From Eledone cirrhosa (lineage: Eukaryota): 64,000 nt of DNA. How positions within the stretch are numbered: position 1 is the stretch's first letter; each line of letters starts with the position of its first letter. The stretch lies in assembly GCA_964016885.1 (NCBI GenBank), contig OZ024743.1, positions 237,274,001 through 237,338,000 on the forward strand, written 5' to 3'. Shown in pieces: positions 1-16,249 of this stretch. A program made the position numbers and the translations under genes. Under the pieces are notes generated by a model. It did not search any database. It was not told the origin of the DNA and worked only from the letters and a program-made list of their open reading frames with translations.

Positions 1-185
1 ATTGAGCCAAATCAAGTTGAGTTGAACCAAGCCAAGCTGAGCTGTGTATATATAAATTCTGTGGTACTATGTAATATTTAAGTCCTGGGTTACTCTATAT
101 ATATTATAGTACAGTCTTACTTAGTAGTACTATATTTTGTATGTTGTATATATATATCATCATCATTATTTAACGTCCATCCAAG

Positions 186-375
186 GGCGGTGGATTGGCA
201 TTATCAGTGGAGAGTCGGACGCCATGCTTTCCAGCATAGTTACGTCCCTTTACGGTCTGAGTTCAAATCCCGCCGAGGTTAACTTTGCCTTTCATCCTTA
301 CGGGGTCGATAAAATAAAGTACCAGTAATGTACTGGGTAATTGCTGGTCTTGTGCCAAAAGTAAAAACAATTATT
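186..375 (+). mobile_element. tRNA-derived SINE (dispersed family; other copies ~24155-24335 -, 28712-28902 +, 35290-35580 -, 51606-51685 +, 52948-53140 +, 61630-61690 -, 62875-62930 -)
   Basis: B-box-like gagttcaaatccc; shared core ttgcctttcatccttacggggtcgataaaataaagtacc (resembles a MetaSINE-type central domain, from memory); AT-rich tail. Confidence 0.75.
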
Positions 376-770
376 TAACGTCCATCTTCCATGCTACACA
401 ATGATGATGTTGATGATGATGATATATATATATATATGTGTGTGTGTGTTCAGTAAAAGTTGTTTTGGTAAAAAACAGGAGTATGTTTGTATATATTGAT
501 ATATACATATATGTATGTATTTATGTGTGTATGTATATATAAATGTATGTATATATGTATGTATATATGTATGTATGTGTGTGTGTATATATATATGTGT
601 GTGTATGTGAGAGTGTATAAGTATATATGTATAGATATAGCCAGTTCTGCAGGAGCAGGATTCAATCATCTGACCCAACTTGCCTCAAATAGGACAACCC
701 GTCTGACCCATGCTAATGTGGAAGGTGGACGTTAAATGACAATGATAATGATGATATGTATGTATATTTT

Positions 771-821
<51 letters not shown>

Positions 822-909
822 ATAATAATAAATGCGAAGACTAAATTCCAAAGAGGGCTCAATAAGGATAAATATATATCAAATATATAAGAATCCTAGA
901 GCAAATTTT

Positions 910-1045
910 TATTAAAATAACAGATTAAAGTTTAAGCAAAGAATCGCTGCTTTCACCCTTAACGGGATCTTCTGAAACTTTCAGAAGATCCCGTTAAGGG
1001 TGAAAGCAGCGTTCTTTGCTTAAACTTTAATCTGTTATTTTAATA
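910..1045. repeat. near-perfect hairpin of two PLE-type 3' ends (family also at 14521 and 44076)
   Basis: ~68-bp arms ttaaaataacagatt...cttctgaaa and their reverse complement; right end in (TA)n. Confidence 0.85.
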
Positions 1046-1063
1046 TATATATATATATATATA

Positions 1064-1506
1064 TATAAATTACACAAGTATCAAAGTTATGTTCAAATCA
1101 TTTAATCGCTGACAATTGTTCTTCCAAACTTTAGCATTATCAATGTTTGTACATATAATTAACCTCCTATTCAACTGAACAATCATATAGATACATATAT
1201 ATTGATGTTGTGAACAACAGTTTAGTATATATAGGGTGTAATGGATGTGACATACATGCTTAATCTTAATTTGAATTATTGTACAATTCTCGTATAATAT
1301 ATGTCGCATCCATTACACCCTATATATACTAAACTGTTGTTCACAACATCAATATATATGTATCTATATGATTGTTCAGTTGAATAGGAGGTTAATTATA
1401 TGTACAAACATTGATAATGCTCCGATGACTCCAAACTAAAGTTTGGAAGAAACAATTGTCAGCAATAAAATGATTTGAACATAACTTTGATACTTGTGTA
1501 ATTTAT
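1064..1506. repeat. fold-back element with hammerhead motif
   Basis: arms ~1064-1257 and ~1300-1506 are reverse complements; region bounded by (TA)n. Confidence 0.85.
1418..1464 (+). ncRNA. minimal type-I hammerhead ribozyme motif (U4C variant)
   Basis: tgct-CCGATGA-c-tccaaac/taaa/gtttgga-a-GAAAC-aatt-GTC-agca: stems I and II, palindromic stem III, then AATAAA. Confidence 0.75.
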
Positions 1507-1650
1507 ATTCCTGCTCTGTAAAACACCTGATGTTCTTACATTGAGCTATTTCTCTTACTGGTAATAAGGTAGTAGGAAATTACTGACCTTTCCTGTTTAT
1601 AGTTATTTATAGTATAGTATATACATAACTATAAATAGTATCTTTATTAT

Positions 1651-1727
<77 letters not shown>

Positions 1728-1730
<3 letters not shown>

Positions 1731-2595
1731 GGTGCAGACGATATTTGTTTGCAATTTTCAACTGCTAATTTTATGCAAATTTTTTTTACTTCCGTTGTCA
1801 CTCTTGTCTTCATAAAAACAGTGACTATATTTCCATTATTTATTTTCAGAATAATTGATTATGAATAACTTTGAACCTCCAAATTTGTGGAAGAGACACA
1901 GAGTTTTTTTTGGAATCCGCGCCGGGAGGACAAATAAGGACCAGAAGATCAACTCCCAGAACAACAGGTGGCTCGCTGTCTCATCCAAAGACGTGCCTAG
2001 AGTCATGCAGACAAAGTTTCCAACTACAACATTGGTCTTAGGTGTCGTCAGCAGTCACTTCTTCCCTGAGGGCCTCAAGCTGAACACCGATGGCTACATC
2101 CGCGTTCTGAGCAAGGTAGTAAAGCCCTGGATCGACCAGGTAGCTGCAGGTAGGCCGTATGTGTGGCAGCAAGACTCAACGCCCTGCCATACCAGCCGAA
2201 AGACCCAAGCCTGGCTGTCAGAGAACTTCGTCGACCACACTTCACCTGACATCTGGCCTCCCAGCTCGCCTGACTGCAACCTCCTCGACTTCTTTGTGTG
2301 GGCGCAGTGGAACGAGACACCAACAGATCTAGCTGCAATACGAAAAATTATCTGAAGGCCAGGATCACCAGTGCCTTTAGGGGCTTAAGTCGGGGGACAG
2401 TGACGACGGCCTGTAGCCGGTTCCGAGGCCGCCTTGAGGCTGTCATCAAAGCCAATGGCGGGTTTATCGAGTGAGATCGAAAGAACAAGTCATGAAGACA
2501 AACTGACCCAAGTTTGATAAATATATCTTAAAAAATAAAACTACTGTGTTATTTTTTCCTAGACAGTAATCTTGCGAACAAATATCGTCCGCACC

Positions 2596-2598
<3 letters not shown>
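1728..2598 (+). mobile_element. internally deleted Tc1/mariner DD37D (maT) transposon
   Basis: TIRs cagggtgcagacgatatttgtt / aacaaatatcgtccgcaccctg within (TA)n; ORF 1855-2355 WQQDSTPCH...WPPSSPDCNLLD with 37 residues between the last two Asp. Confidence 0.88.
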
Positions 2599-2662
<64 letters not shown>

Positions 2663-2682
2663 TATATATGTGTGTGTGTGTA

Positions 2683-2755
<73 letters not shown>

Positions 2756-2773
2756 ATATATGATCATGTCTGA

Positions 2774-2934
2774 TCACAGAGGTACTTTTTCTTTGTTATG
2801 TTTGCAATAAAATAAAAATGGCTGTGAAAATAACATTTCTGTTTCCTCCAGTTTCTTGCCTTTAGTCTCCGGTAGGTAGAGATACCAGAAGATGAGGCCT
2901 AGGATTGTGGTGCAGACCATCAGGAAGTAGGTAC
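2774..2934 (-). CDS. SLC2A13: SLC2A13-like exon 9 (last coding exon)
   Basis: acceptor (ct)n-tag|; TYFLMVCTTILGLIFWYLYLPETKGKKLEETEMLF...VPL* (PETKG motif); TGA at 2776-2774; total CDS 1728 nt, divisible by 3. Confidence 0.93.
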
Positions 2935-3306
2935 CTAGAGAGAGAGAGAAACAAGTTCATCATCGTCATAATCATTGTCACTGTCCTCATCACCATCATA
3001 ATCATCATCACCACCACCACCACTGCCACCACCACCGCCACCACCACCACCACCATCATCATAATCCTCATCCTTATCATCACCATCATCGTTGTCATCA
3101 TCCACATCATCAAGTTCATCACCATCGCCATCAACATTATCATCATCATCATCGCCATCATCATTATCATCACCATCATCATCATCATTATCATCATCAT
3201 CATTGCCATCATCATCACCACTGTTATCACCATCATTACCATTGACAGCATCATTGTCATCATTATTGTTGCCACCACCACCACTACCACCACCACCGCT
3301 AAAGAA

Positions 3307-4990
3307 GTGTACCTATTGTAAACCAGGTACTCACAAGGATACAGTGTACCTATTGTAAACCAGGTACACACAGGGATACAGTGTACCTATTGTAAACCAG
3401 GTACACACAGGGATACAGTGTACCTATTGTAAACCAGGTACTCACAAGGATACAGTGTACCTATTGTAAACCAGGTACACACAGGGATACAGTGTACCTA
3501 TTGTAAACCAGGTACTCACAAGGATACAGTGTACCTATTGTAAACCAGGTATAGGGATACAGTGTACTTATTGTAAACCAGGTACTCACAAGGATACAGT
3601 GTACCTATTGTAAACCAGGTACACACAGGGATACAGTGTACCTATTGTAAACCAGGTACACACAGGGATACAGTGTACCTATTGTAAACCAGGTACTCAC
3701 AAGGATACAGTGTACCTATTGTAAACCAGGTACACACAGGGATACAGTGTACCTATTGTAAACCAGGTACTCACAAGGATACAGTGTACCTATTGTAAAC
3801 CAGGTATAGGGATACAGTGTACTTATTGTAAACCAGGTACTCACAAGGATACAGTGTACCTATTGTAAACCAGGTACACACAGGGATACAGTGTACCTAT
3901 TGTAAACCAGGTACACACAGGGATACAGTGTACCTATTGTAAACCAGGTACTCACAAGGATACAGTGTACCTATTGTAAACCAGGTACACACAGGGATAC
4001 AGTGTACCTATTGTAAACCAGGTACACACAGGGATACAGTGTACCTATTGTAAACCAGGTACTCACAAGGATACAGTGTATCTATTGTAAACCAGGTACA
4101 CACAGGGATACAGTGTACCTATTGTAAACCAGGTACTCACAGGGATACAGTGTACCTATTGTAAACCAGGTACACACAGGGATACAGTGTGCCTATTGTA
4201 AACCAGGTACACACAGGGATACAGTGTACCTATTGTAAACCAGATATACACAGGGATACAGTATACCTATTGTAAACCAGATACACACAGAGATACAGTG
4301 TACCTATTGTAAACCAGATAGACACAGGGAAACAGTGTACCTATTGTAAACCAGATACACACAGGGATACAGTGTACCTATTATAAACCAGATACACACA
4401 GGGATACAGTGTACCTATTGTAAACCAGATACACACAGGGATACAGTGTACCTATTGTAAACTGGGTATACACAGGGATACAGTGTACCTATTGTAAACC
4501 TGTTATACACAGGGATACAGTGTACCTATTGTAAACCAGATAGACACAGGGATACAGTGTACCTATTGTAAACCAGATAGATGCAGGGATACAGTGTACC
4601 TATTGTAAACTGGGTATACCCAGGGATAGAGTGTACCTATTGTAAACCAGATACACACAGAGATACAGTGTACCTATTGTAAACCAGATAGACACAGGGA
4701 TACAGTGTACCTATTGTAAACCAGATAGACACAGGGATACAGTGTACCTATTGTAAACCAGATAGACACAGGGATACAGTGTACCTATTGTAAACCAGAT
4801 ACACACAGGGATACAGTGTACCTATTGTAAACCAGATACACACAGGGATACAGTGTACCTATTGTAAGCCAGATGTAGGGATAGAGGGTACCTATTGTAA
4901 ACCAGATATACACATGGATACAGTGTACTTGTTGTAAGCCAGATGTAGGGATACAGTGTACCTATTCGACACACTGGGATAATGTGTACC
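3307..4990. repeat. 37-bp minisatellite, ~45 copies (intron 8)
   Basis: unit gtgtacctattgtaaaccaggtacacacagggataca. Confidence 0.95.
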
Positions 4991-5048
4991 TATTCTAAAC
5001 TGAATACATAAATTGTAAACTGTGAATGGTATATAAATCTATACAAAC

Positions 5049-5201
5049 CAAATGATGTGATTTCCTGTGACAAAGTAAGAAAACTTCCAGTGAGTAACCA
5101 ACTGAACAACCACATAACTCCAACAACAAAGGCATTACATTGGCTACGAGCCCAGGTGGGGTAGACCTCTGCACATATTGTCCATGGTAGGGACCCTAAT
5201 C
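5049..5201 (-). CDS. SLC2A13: SLC2A13-like exon 8
   Basis: acceptor ttctgattccag|; LGSLPWTICAEVYPTWARSQCNA...SFLTLSQEITSFG; donor G|GTTTGT; 153 nt. Confidence 0.92.
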
Positions 5202-5554
5202 CTGGAATCAGAAAGAATGAAGATTATTTATGTTTGAATGTTTGGTATAAACTTAAGGTAGATATACACTTTTGAATTAGCAACCTTATCTGTGAAGTGT
5301 AAACCCTTTCAACTATTTCTCTGTACACAGAAAGACATAAGAGATTATTATCCTTATGCATTTCAGACATTATTGTGGCCTTGTCTGAGAATTACTACTC
5401 TTATAATTCTGTGTATGGAAGAATATTGCTATAACAACGCTATATCTGTCAAACAGGGTATAACAATGACCTGACATGACCAACTTAACTTGCATAACAC
5501 ATGGTTTTAACATTCTCTAATAAACAACAAATTGGCAGCACTTTGTGTTCTGCT

Positions 5555-6215
5555 GTTGTGAGATAGTGGATCAATAGTGATACAGTGGATCTGTTGTGAG
5601 ATAGAGTGGATCTATTGTGATAGTGGATCTGTTGTGAGATAGAGGGGATTTATTGTGAGATAGTGGATCTATTGTGATAGTGGATCTGTTGTGAGATAGA
5701 GGGATTTATTGTGAGATAGTGGATCTGTTGTGAGATAGTGGGGATTTATTGTAAGATAGTGGATCTATTGTGAGATAGAGGGGATTTATTGTAAGATAGT
5801 GGGGATTTATTGTGATAGTAGATCTAATGTGATAGTGGATCTGTTGTGAGATAGCGGGGATTTATTGTAAGATAGTGGGCATTTATTGTGAGATAGTGGG
5901 GATCTATTGTGATAGTGGATCTGTTGTGACATGGTGGGGATTTATTGTAAGATAGTGGATGTATTGTGAGATAGAGGGGATTTATTGTAAGATAGGGGGA
6001 ATTTATTGTGATAGTGGATCTATTATGATAGTGGATCTGTTGTGAGATAGTGGGGATTTATTGTAAGATAGTGGATCTATTGTGATACAATGGATCTGTT
6101 GTGAGATAGTGGGGATATATTAGTGGATCTATTGTGATAGTGGATCTGTTGTGATAGTGGATCTGTTGTGAGATAGAGGGGATTTATTGTGAGATAGTGG
6201 ATCTGTTGTGAGACA
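5555..6215. repeat. ~19-23-bp degenerate minisatellite
   Basis: gatagtggatct(a/g)ttgtga units. Confidence 0.9.
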
Positions 6216-6376
6216 CATTTGTTGTAAGAGACATCAAGATTCAATATATATACACCCCACCCTCCCGCACCAAAATTAGACTTATCGTCCCTTACTTTTG
6301 CTCTTTACTCTCTTTACTCTTTGTTCTTGAATGTTTGGTTGGTAGAGTCCATAACACCAATCAAACCCCTTTTATA

Positions 6377-6421
6377 GCTCTGACGAATCCTACGGTTACG
6401 TAAGGAAGAAACATTGTAAGC
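6377..6421 (+). ncRNA. minimal type-I hammerhead ribozyme motif, canonical core
   Basis: gct-CTGACGA-a-tcctacg/gtta/cgtaagga-a-GAAAC-att-GTA-agc, then AATAAA and (TA)n. Confidence 0.8.
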
Positions 6422-6480
6422 CAATAAAAATCTTTTGATGTTGTAGACGCTCTTGTGTTCTTTTTCATATATATATATAT

Positions 6481-7186
6481 ATATAAAATTGCAAGTTTGA
6501 AGAATTATTAGATAAAATATACACAGTCTTTCCTCTCCCTAGACTGTAGAAATCAACCATATAAATAATCATTTAAACGGAGCTATAAGTTCAAAATGTA
6601 ACTATGAAGAAATAATAGATAAATGATACAAACTATTCCCTGCGAGGAACAGTCAGATAAAATTTACCCAGTCTTTCCTCTTAGCCCGTAGAATTAACTA
6701 GACAAATAATCAACTAAACAGAGCTAGGTCTAAAATATAAGTTAGAAGAAAAAATGCATATAAACTTTACCAAAATTCCTCTAGTCCCGACTATCGATAG
6801 TTTTGCTCCTACTTTGTGGATATGTCCAATCTTGGTATTTTCCATGAGGCTTAGAGCTTATCAAAAGACTCCCTCAAGTTTGGACTAAAATTTCTACAGT
6901 GATCACTGCCAGAAATGAATTCAAAAATGGCTAAGAATCATAACGTGGCCAGTGGTGAAAGTAGAAGGTTGTGAATGGTGGCCAGGTGGCAGGTAGGCTG
7001 GCTGCTAGAAAGAGCAGTTAGATACTGCCTAAAGTTTTAATCTACCAAATGGGAGTATATATTAAATTCATAGGGATAGCTCCGTTTAAATGATTATTTA
7101 TCTAGTTGATTTCTACGGACTAAGGAGAAGAAAGACTGGAAAATATTTTATCTACTAATTCTTCAAACTTGCAATTTTATATATAT
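6481..7186. repeat. fold-back element with minus-strand hammerhead motif (6783-6870, U3-A8 core)
   Basis: arms 6481-6585 / 7076-7186; minus strand agtctt-TTGATAA-gctc...gagc-AAAAC-tatcgata-GTC-gggact (G12 lost). Confidence 0.7.
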
Positions 7187-7377
7187 TATTTGCTTAATTA
7201 AATTTTTCATTGAGCCACACTGTGAAAGGTAGCCACACTCATTAATGTATCTGTGACTATGTCTAAATATAGCCATATATCCCTATGAATTTAATATATA
7301 TATATATATATATTTAATATATATATATACATATATATATATATACATATATATATATACATGCATATATGTATATA

Positions 7378-7446
<69 letters not shown>

Positions 7447-8672
7447 AGTGTAAGTTTCTACACAAAACGAAGGTTATAGAGAAAATTGAGGTTGGTAATG
7501 GCACATGGAATATATAAGAGACAGAATACTTTTTTGTGAAAAAACATATAATTTTATAAGGTAAGGAAATAATAAAGGGTATAAAAAATGACCGGTTTCG
7601 ATGGGGCTGCAAAAGCCATCTTTTCAAATGTTGATTAATATTAAGAAAATTAATAATAAGAAGAGTTAAAATTTGAGATTTGAAAATTCAAGTATAAAAT
7701 TCAGTGTGGGATTTCATAGTAGTTTTCATCTTGGTAGCAGCAAGTTGACTGCTGTGTGCCTTTCTGGTAGTGAATGAGGAGTTATTTGGGGGAGTGGGTT
7801 ATTTTATAAAGGTCAGATTTAGCAATGGCCAGATGGCCAGCTGCTGGTCAGTGAGGGGGTGGAAGCAATATACATACATATATCTCCCTGTGGTCGGTAG
7901 GAGAGGGGAGAGTGATAGAAAGGGATTTAGTGCACTTACACCTATATATACACACATACCCTCATCCACACACACATACATATACATATACATATATATA
8001 TATATATATATATACATATATATACATATACACACATACATACACACACACATACATATACACACACATATACACATACACACACACACACATACACACA
8101 CACACACATATATACATACATACACACATACAAACACACACACACACATATATACACATACACACATATATACACACACACACATATATATACACATACA
8201 CATACATCCAGATACACACACACACAATACATACACATACATACATCCACATGCACACACATACACACACACATACATATACATACACCCACACACATAG
8301 AGAAATGGCCTCCAAATATATATATATATACATACATACACATATATTTTTTCCATAATATAAGAAGTTAGGACAGTGAAATTAAAATACAAGTCATTCT
8401 GATCACATTGAGTTCTTCATGTAGATTGGGCCCCGCAACCGACAGTGGTGAATTCTGTGTGCGCATATATATATGTGGATATATGTGTGTGCACGTGCAG
8501 GGTTTAACATGGATGTGTTGGTCACACAAAGGCATGGTCTGTCAACGAATAAACCTGATTCTACAGAATTGGTCTCTGGTCTTTAATAGTAGTGATAATT
8601 ATATACATGCACACATACACACACATATATCTGTCACTCCGTGCGTATGTGTGTTTATATTTTATGACAATT

Positions 8673-9960
8673 CTATTGGGGTGATAACCCGTTTAGTTTT
8701 GGTTTAAATTTGTTAAGGAATAGATTTTCTTTGTTTATTCTTTGTTGCTGTGTGAACGAATCTGAGCACTTGTAGAAGGGGAAGATTTTAAAGTTGGGTA
8801 GTGTCATTCCTGCGCAGTTCGCAATATGGCTGCTCAAGGGGATTTTTCTTGTGTTAGCGTCCCGGATTTGTTGGCGGTGGATGGTCATTCTTTTGCGTAA
8901 TGAGGTGCCCGTCTGTCCTATGTAGTTGTGTTTGCACCCACCGCAAGTTATTGCGTAAATCAAGTTCTCCGAGTTAGGTGAAATTTTTTTTACTGTAAAT
9001 GTTTGGCCATCTTTAAATGTAAATTTGTGTCCTTCAGTGAGGTAGAGGCACGTTCCACAGTTTGTTCTACCACATTTGGTAACTGTAGGGTTGAGGATTG
9101 GTTTGGGTATATTTGGTCCAGTGAGAATGCGTTTTAGTGATTTGGGTTGTCTTTTACTTTTAAGGATCTTGTGTGTTTCAAGAATAGACTTCATTTTTAC
9201 ATCTTTAAGTAGGATGGGGAGGTTTTTGTGTAGGTGATCAAACATTTCGGTATTTCTGGGGTTGAAAGTGGATACATATGGCAGGGTGTTGAGTGTGGTT
9301 TTCTGTTTGGGATTGTTAAGTTGATGGGGATTTAGGTGTTTTGCCCTGTCTATTCCATTGTTGATTATTTCAAGTGGAAAGGCTCTTAAGATAAGGGTGT
9401 CTTTTAGTTCCTTTAGTCTTTGCTCCCGTTTAGGTGGATCTAATACTATGGTACATATACATTTGGCCAAATTGTAAGGAATGTTAAGTTTTGTATGTTT
9501 TGGGTGACTTGATGTGAAAAAGAGGTATTGCTTGGAATCTGTGGGTTTATAGAATATATCTGTATCTAATTTCCCGTCTATTACAGAGATGAGAATATCC
9601 AAGAAGGCTAACTCCTTGGGATTGGATTCCATTGTGAATTGTATGTTATTATCTATGTTGTTTATCATGTTTTTAAACATAGTAAGTGAGTTCATGTCTT
9701 CTTGCCATAGGATAAAGCAGTCGTCTAGATATCTTTTCCAATTGGCTTTGAGGTGTGTGTGGAAAGAGTCTCCAAATAAGAGAAGGGACTGACTGTATAT
9801 TTGTTGTTCATGGAATCCCATGACTAGGTTGGCATATGTGGGTGCTACTTTCGTGCCCATTGCAGTACCTGATACTTGTCTGTATGTTGAACCATTGAAT
9901 GTGAAGTAGTTATTTTGTAGGATAAAGCGGAGTCCGTCAGTGATAAAATCTTTGTTGATG
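8673..9960 (-). pseudogene. PLE ORF remnant: RT (GTAMG..APTYANL, RYLDD), thumb, Cys knuckle, GIY-YIG endonuclease
   Basis: ORF 8673-9860, extending upstream in frame (NNYFTFNG..YRQVSGTAMG); KCGRTNCGTC linker and LIYAITCGGCKHNYIGQTG with internal CxxC, typical of Neptune-clade PLEs; N-terminal RT missing. Confidence 0.9.
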
Positions 9961-10264
9961 CGGTGTTGGTGTCGTTGTGGAAGAATTCTGTTAGTCGCAG
10001 CTTTCGGCAGTATTCCATGATGTCATCCTTCATTTCGGGGAAGTTTGGTTTACGTGTGTGTATGTATGTGTGTATCTGGATGTATGCGTATGTGTATATA
10101 TATGTGTGTGTGTGTGTGTATATATGTGTGTGTGTGTGTTTGTATGTGTGTATGTATGTATATATGTGTGTGTGTGTATGTATGTGTGTGTGTGTGTATG
10201 TGTGTGTGTGTGTGTGTGTGTATGTATATGTATGTGTGTGTGTATGTATGTGTGTATATGTATA

Positions 10265-10309
<45 letters not shown>

Positions 10310-10672
10310 GTATGTATATGTATATGTATGTGTGTGTGGATGAGGGTATGTGTGTATATATAGGTGTAAGTGCACTAAATCCCTTTCTATCACTCTCCCC
10401 TCTCCTACCGACCACAGGGAGATATATGTATGTATATTGCTTCCACCCCCTCACTGACCAGCAGCTGGCCATCTGGCCATTGCTAAATCTGACCTTTATA
10501 AAATAACCCACTCCCCCAAATAACTCCTCATTCACTACCAGAAAGGCACACAGCAGTCAACTTGCTGCTACCAAGATGAAAACTACTATGAAATCCCACA
10601 CTGAATTTTACACTTGAATTTTCAAATCTCAAATTTTAACTCTTCTTATTATTAATTTTCTTAATATTAATC

Positions 10673-10720
10673 AACATTTGAAAAGATGGCTTTTACAGAC
10701 CCATCGAAACCGGTCATTTT
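10673..10720 (+). ncRNA. hammerhead motif in PLE 3' repeat (U3-A8 variant; mirrored at ~7585-7632 - and in both arms of the 55280 element)
   Basis: TTGAAAA-gatgg...ccatc-GAAAC-cg-GTC; palindromic ACCGGT stem III; weak stem I. Confidence 0.65.
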
Positions 10721-10859
10721 TTATACCCTTTATTATTTCCTTACCTTATAAAATTATATGTTTTTTCACAAAAAAGTATTCTGTCTCTTATATATTCCAT
10801 GTGCCATTACCAACCTCAATTTTCTCTCTATATATATATATACATATATATATATATAC

Positions 10860-10894
<35 letters not shown>

Positions 10895-10914
10895 CATATA
10901 TATATACATATACA

Positions 10915-11138
<224 letters not shown>

Positions 11139-11144
11139 CACATA

Positions 11145-12162
<1,018 letters not shown>

Positions 12163-12164
12163 GT

Positions 12165-12375
<211 letters not shown>

Positions 12376-12460
12376 GGAGGTGAGTTTTATTGTAGTACAA
12401 TAAAGCAATGCAGATATCGGATAAGAAGCACTCTACAGTTTGTGGGACTGGAGTATGCAT

Positions 12461-14505
<2,045 letters not shown>

Positions 14506-14520
14506 ATATATATATATATT

Positions 14521-15680
14521 TATTAAAATAACAGATTAAAGTTTAAGCAAAGAATCGCTGCTTTCACCCTTAACGGGATCTTCTGAAACTAACAAAGTCA
14601 ATCTGTAAATGCAGAAGTGGATATTTAAAAAAACGTTGCAACCGGAGGAAGACAGGAAGACGATACTTTGGTTCGTGGAAACGTTCCCTGGCAAAGAACG
14701 GGAAAAAACGAATATAATACGTCATTGATAGGAGCGGTGAAGAACAATTACACGCAAAGACAGAACCACGTTTATGGTATAAAAGAAGTCGTAGACTAAT
14801 GTTCTCTGAGGTGGTTCATAGAGACGTTCTCTGGCAATGAATGGAAAAAACGAAGATAATACGTCATATGTGGAGCGTGGAGAACAATTGCACGCAAAGA
14901 CAAAACCACATAAATGGTATAGCTGAAGTCGTAGACTAAAATTCTAACTAGAAAACCGAAAGAATCTCCGCTTCAGAGTTAAGAATAAAGTAAATAAAAT
15001 AAAATACAGAAGTAATAGAAATTAAATAAATACATACACGCATGCAAATACGTACATACACAAGCATACGCGAAAACATTTGCCATAGGTATACAAAACC
15101 ACGCACATATAAATATGTGTGCGTGTGTGCATGTGTACAAATAAATAAATAAATACGTATATAACAATCGCACACACATACCTACATGTAAATACACAAA
15201 TGTACGGATACGTACGTCAACCAAAACATGAAGTGCACATATACACACACCCTACATACGTACGAACCTGCATACTCACACAGACGCAAAACTCCCGTAT
15301 ACACATAACCAAACCATATGTACCAGAATATATAAAATTATACGCCATAACATATACAATCAAATATACATACGAGAAAGTATACGTACCTTCACAAAAC
15401 ATACAGGTAATATATACTTACCTATGCAAATAAGTAATGGTATAAACATAACATATACTTAGCTACCACATCAAGACGTAAAATATCCACGTATAGATCG
15501 TACTATCCGTTAGGGTATAACGTGGGGCTGTAATACAGGAAAGTTTTGTGCAATTTATGTTTACAAGCCGAAATTGCCTCCGATGTTTTGTTTAAGATGT
15601 GGTCTGTGGCGTAGAGTATTTCCAGGGCCTCAGCGGCAAAGGTGTAGAAATGAGATGATAGGACTGGGTCCCTATCATTC
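14521..15680 (-). mobile_element. 3' remnant of a second PLE family
   Basis: terminus identical to the 910-1045 hairpin arms; minus-strand ORF tail EALEIL...LNKTSEAISACKH resembles the LNKRSE..S.CRH C-terminus of PLE endonucleases (from memory). Confidence 0.55.
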
Positions 15681-16060
15681 CACTGCAAAGTGATTGTGGA
15701 GGTACCACGGCAAAAAAAGCACCCAGCCCACACTGTAAAGTGGATGTGTAGGCGCCACGGAAAAAAAGCACCCAGCACTCACTATAAATGAGGTTGGTGT
15801 TAGGAAGGGCATCCAGCTGTAGAAATCAAGCCAGAATCAGTTCCCATATGAGCAAGACAAGGTCAGCCGACCGGACACTGCCCACAACAGGACAACCCGT
15901 CTAACCCATGCTAGCATGGAAGAACGGACATAAAACGGTGATGATGATGATGATGATATATGTATATATATATACATATATGTATATATATATGTATATA
16001 TATATATATATTTTTTTTTTATACATATATATATATATATATATATTTTTTTTTTATACA

Positions 16061-16102
<42 letters not shown>

Positions 16103-16187
16103 TATTATATTTATATATATATATATATGTATATTGTATTTATATATATATATTATACTATATATATATATATTATATTTATATACA

Positions 16188-16243
<56 letters not shown>

Positions 16244-16249
16244 TATACA

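Larger units (their letters stand above)
7441..10827 (-). mobile_element. Penelope-like element, Neptune-type, 5'-truncated/internally deleted, with an inverted copy of its 3' end; inserted in (TA)n
   Basis: RT + GIY-YIG ORF; ~780-bp arms (7478-8225 vs 10054-10827) in inverted orientation; (TA)n on both sides. Confidence 0.92.

Noticed and set aside
186-280. tRNA gene (also ~53150-53200)
   Set aside because: B-box-like motif only; continues into a multi-copy SINE body; no convincing cloverleaf.
3307-4990. CRISPR-like 37-bp periodicity (also 50172-50578 and 57712-59985)
   Set aside because: Head-to-tail units with no unique spacers, no cas genes, eukaryotic context.
7441-10827. DNA transposon with long TIRs
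   Set aside because: The arms are retroelement 3' ends of unequal length around an RT/GIY-YIG ORF; no transposase.
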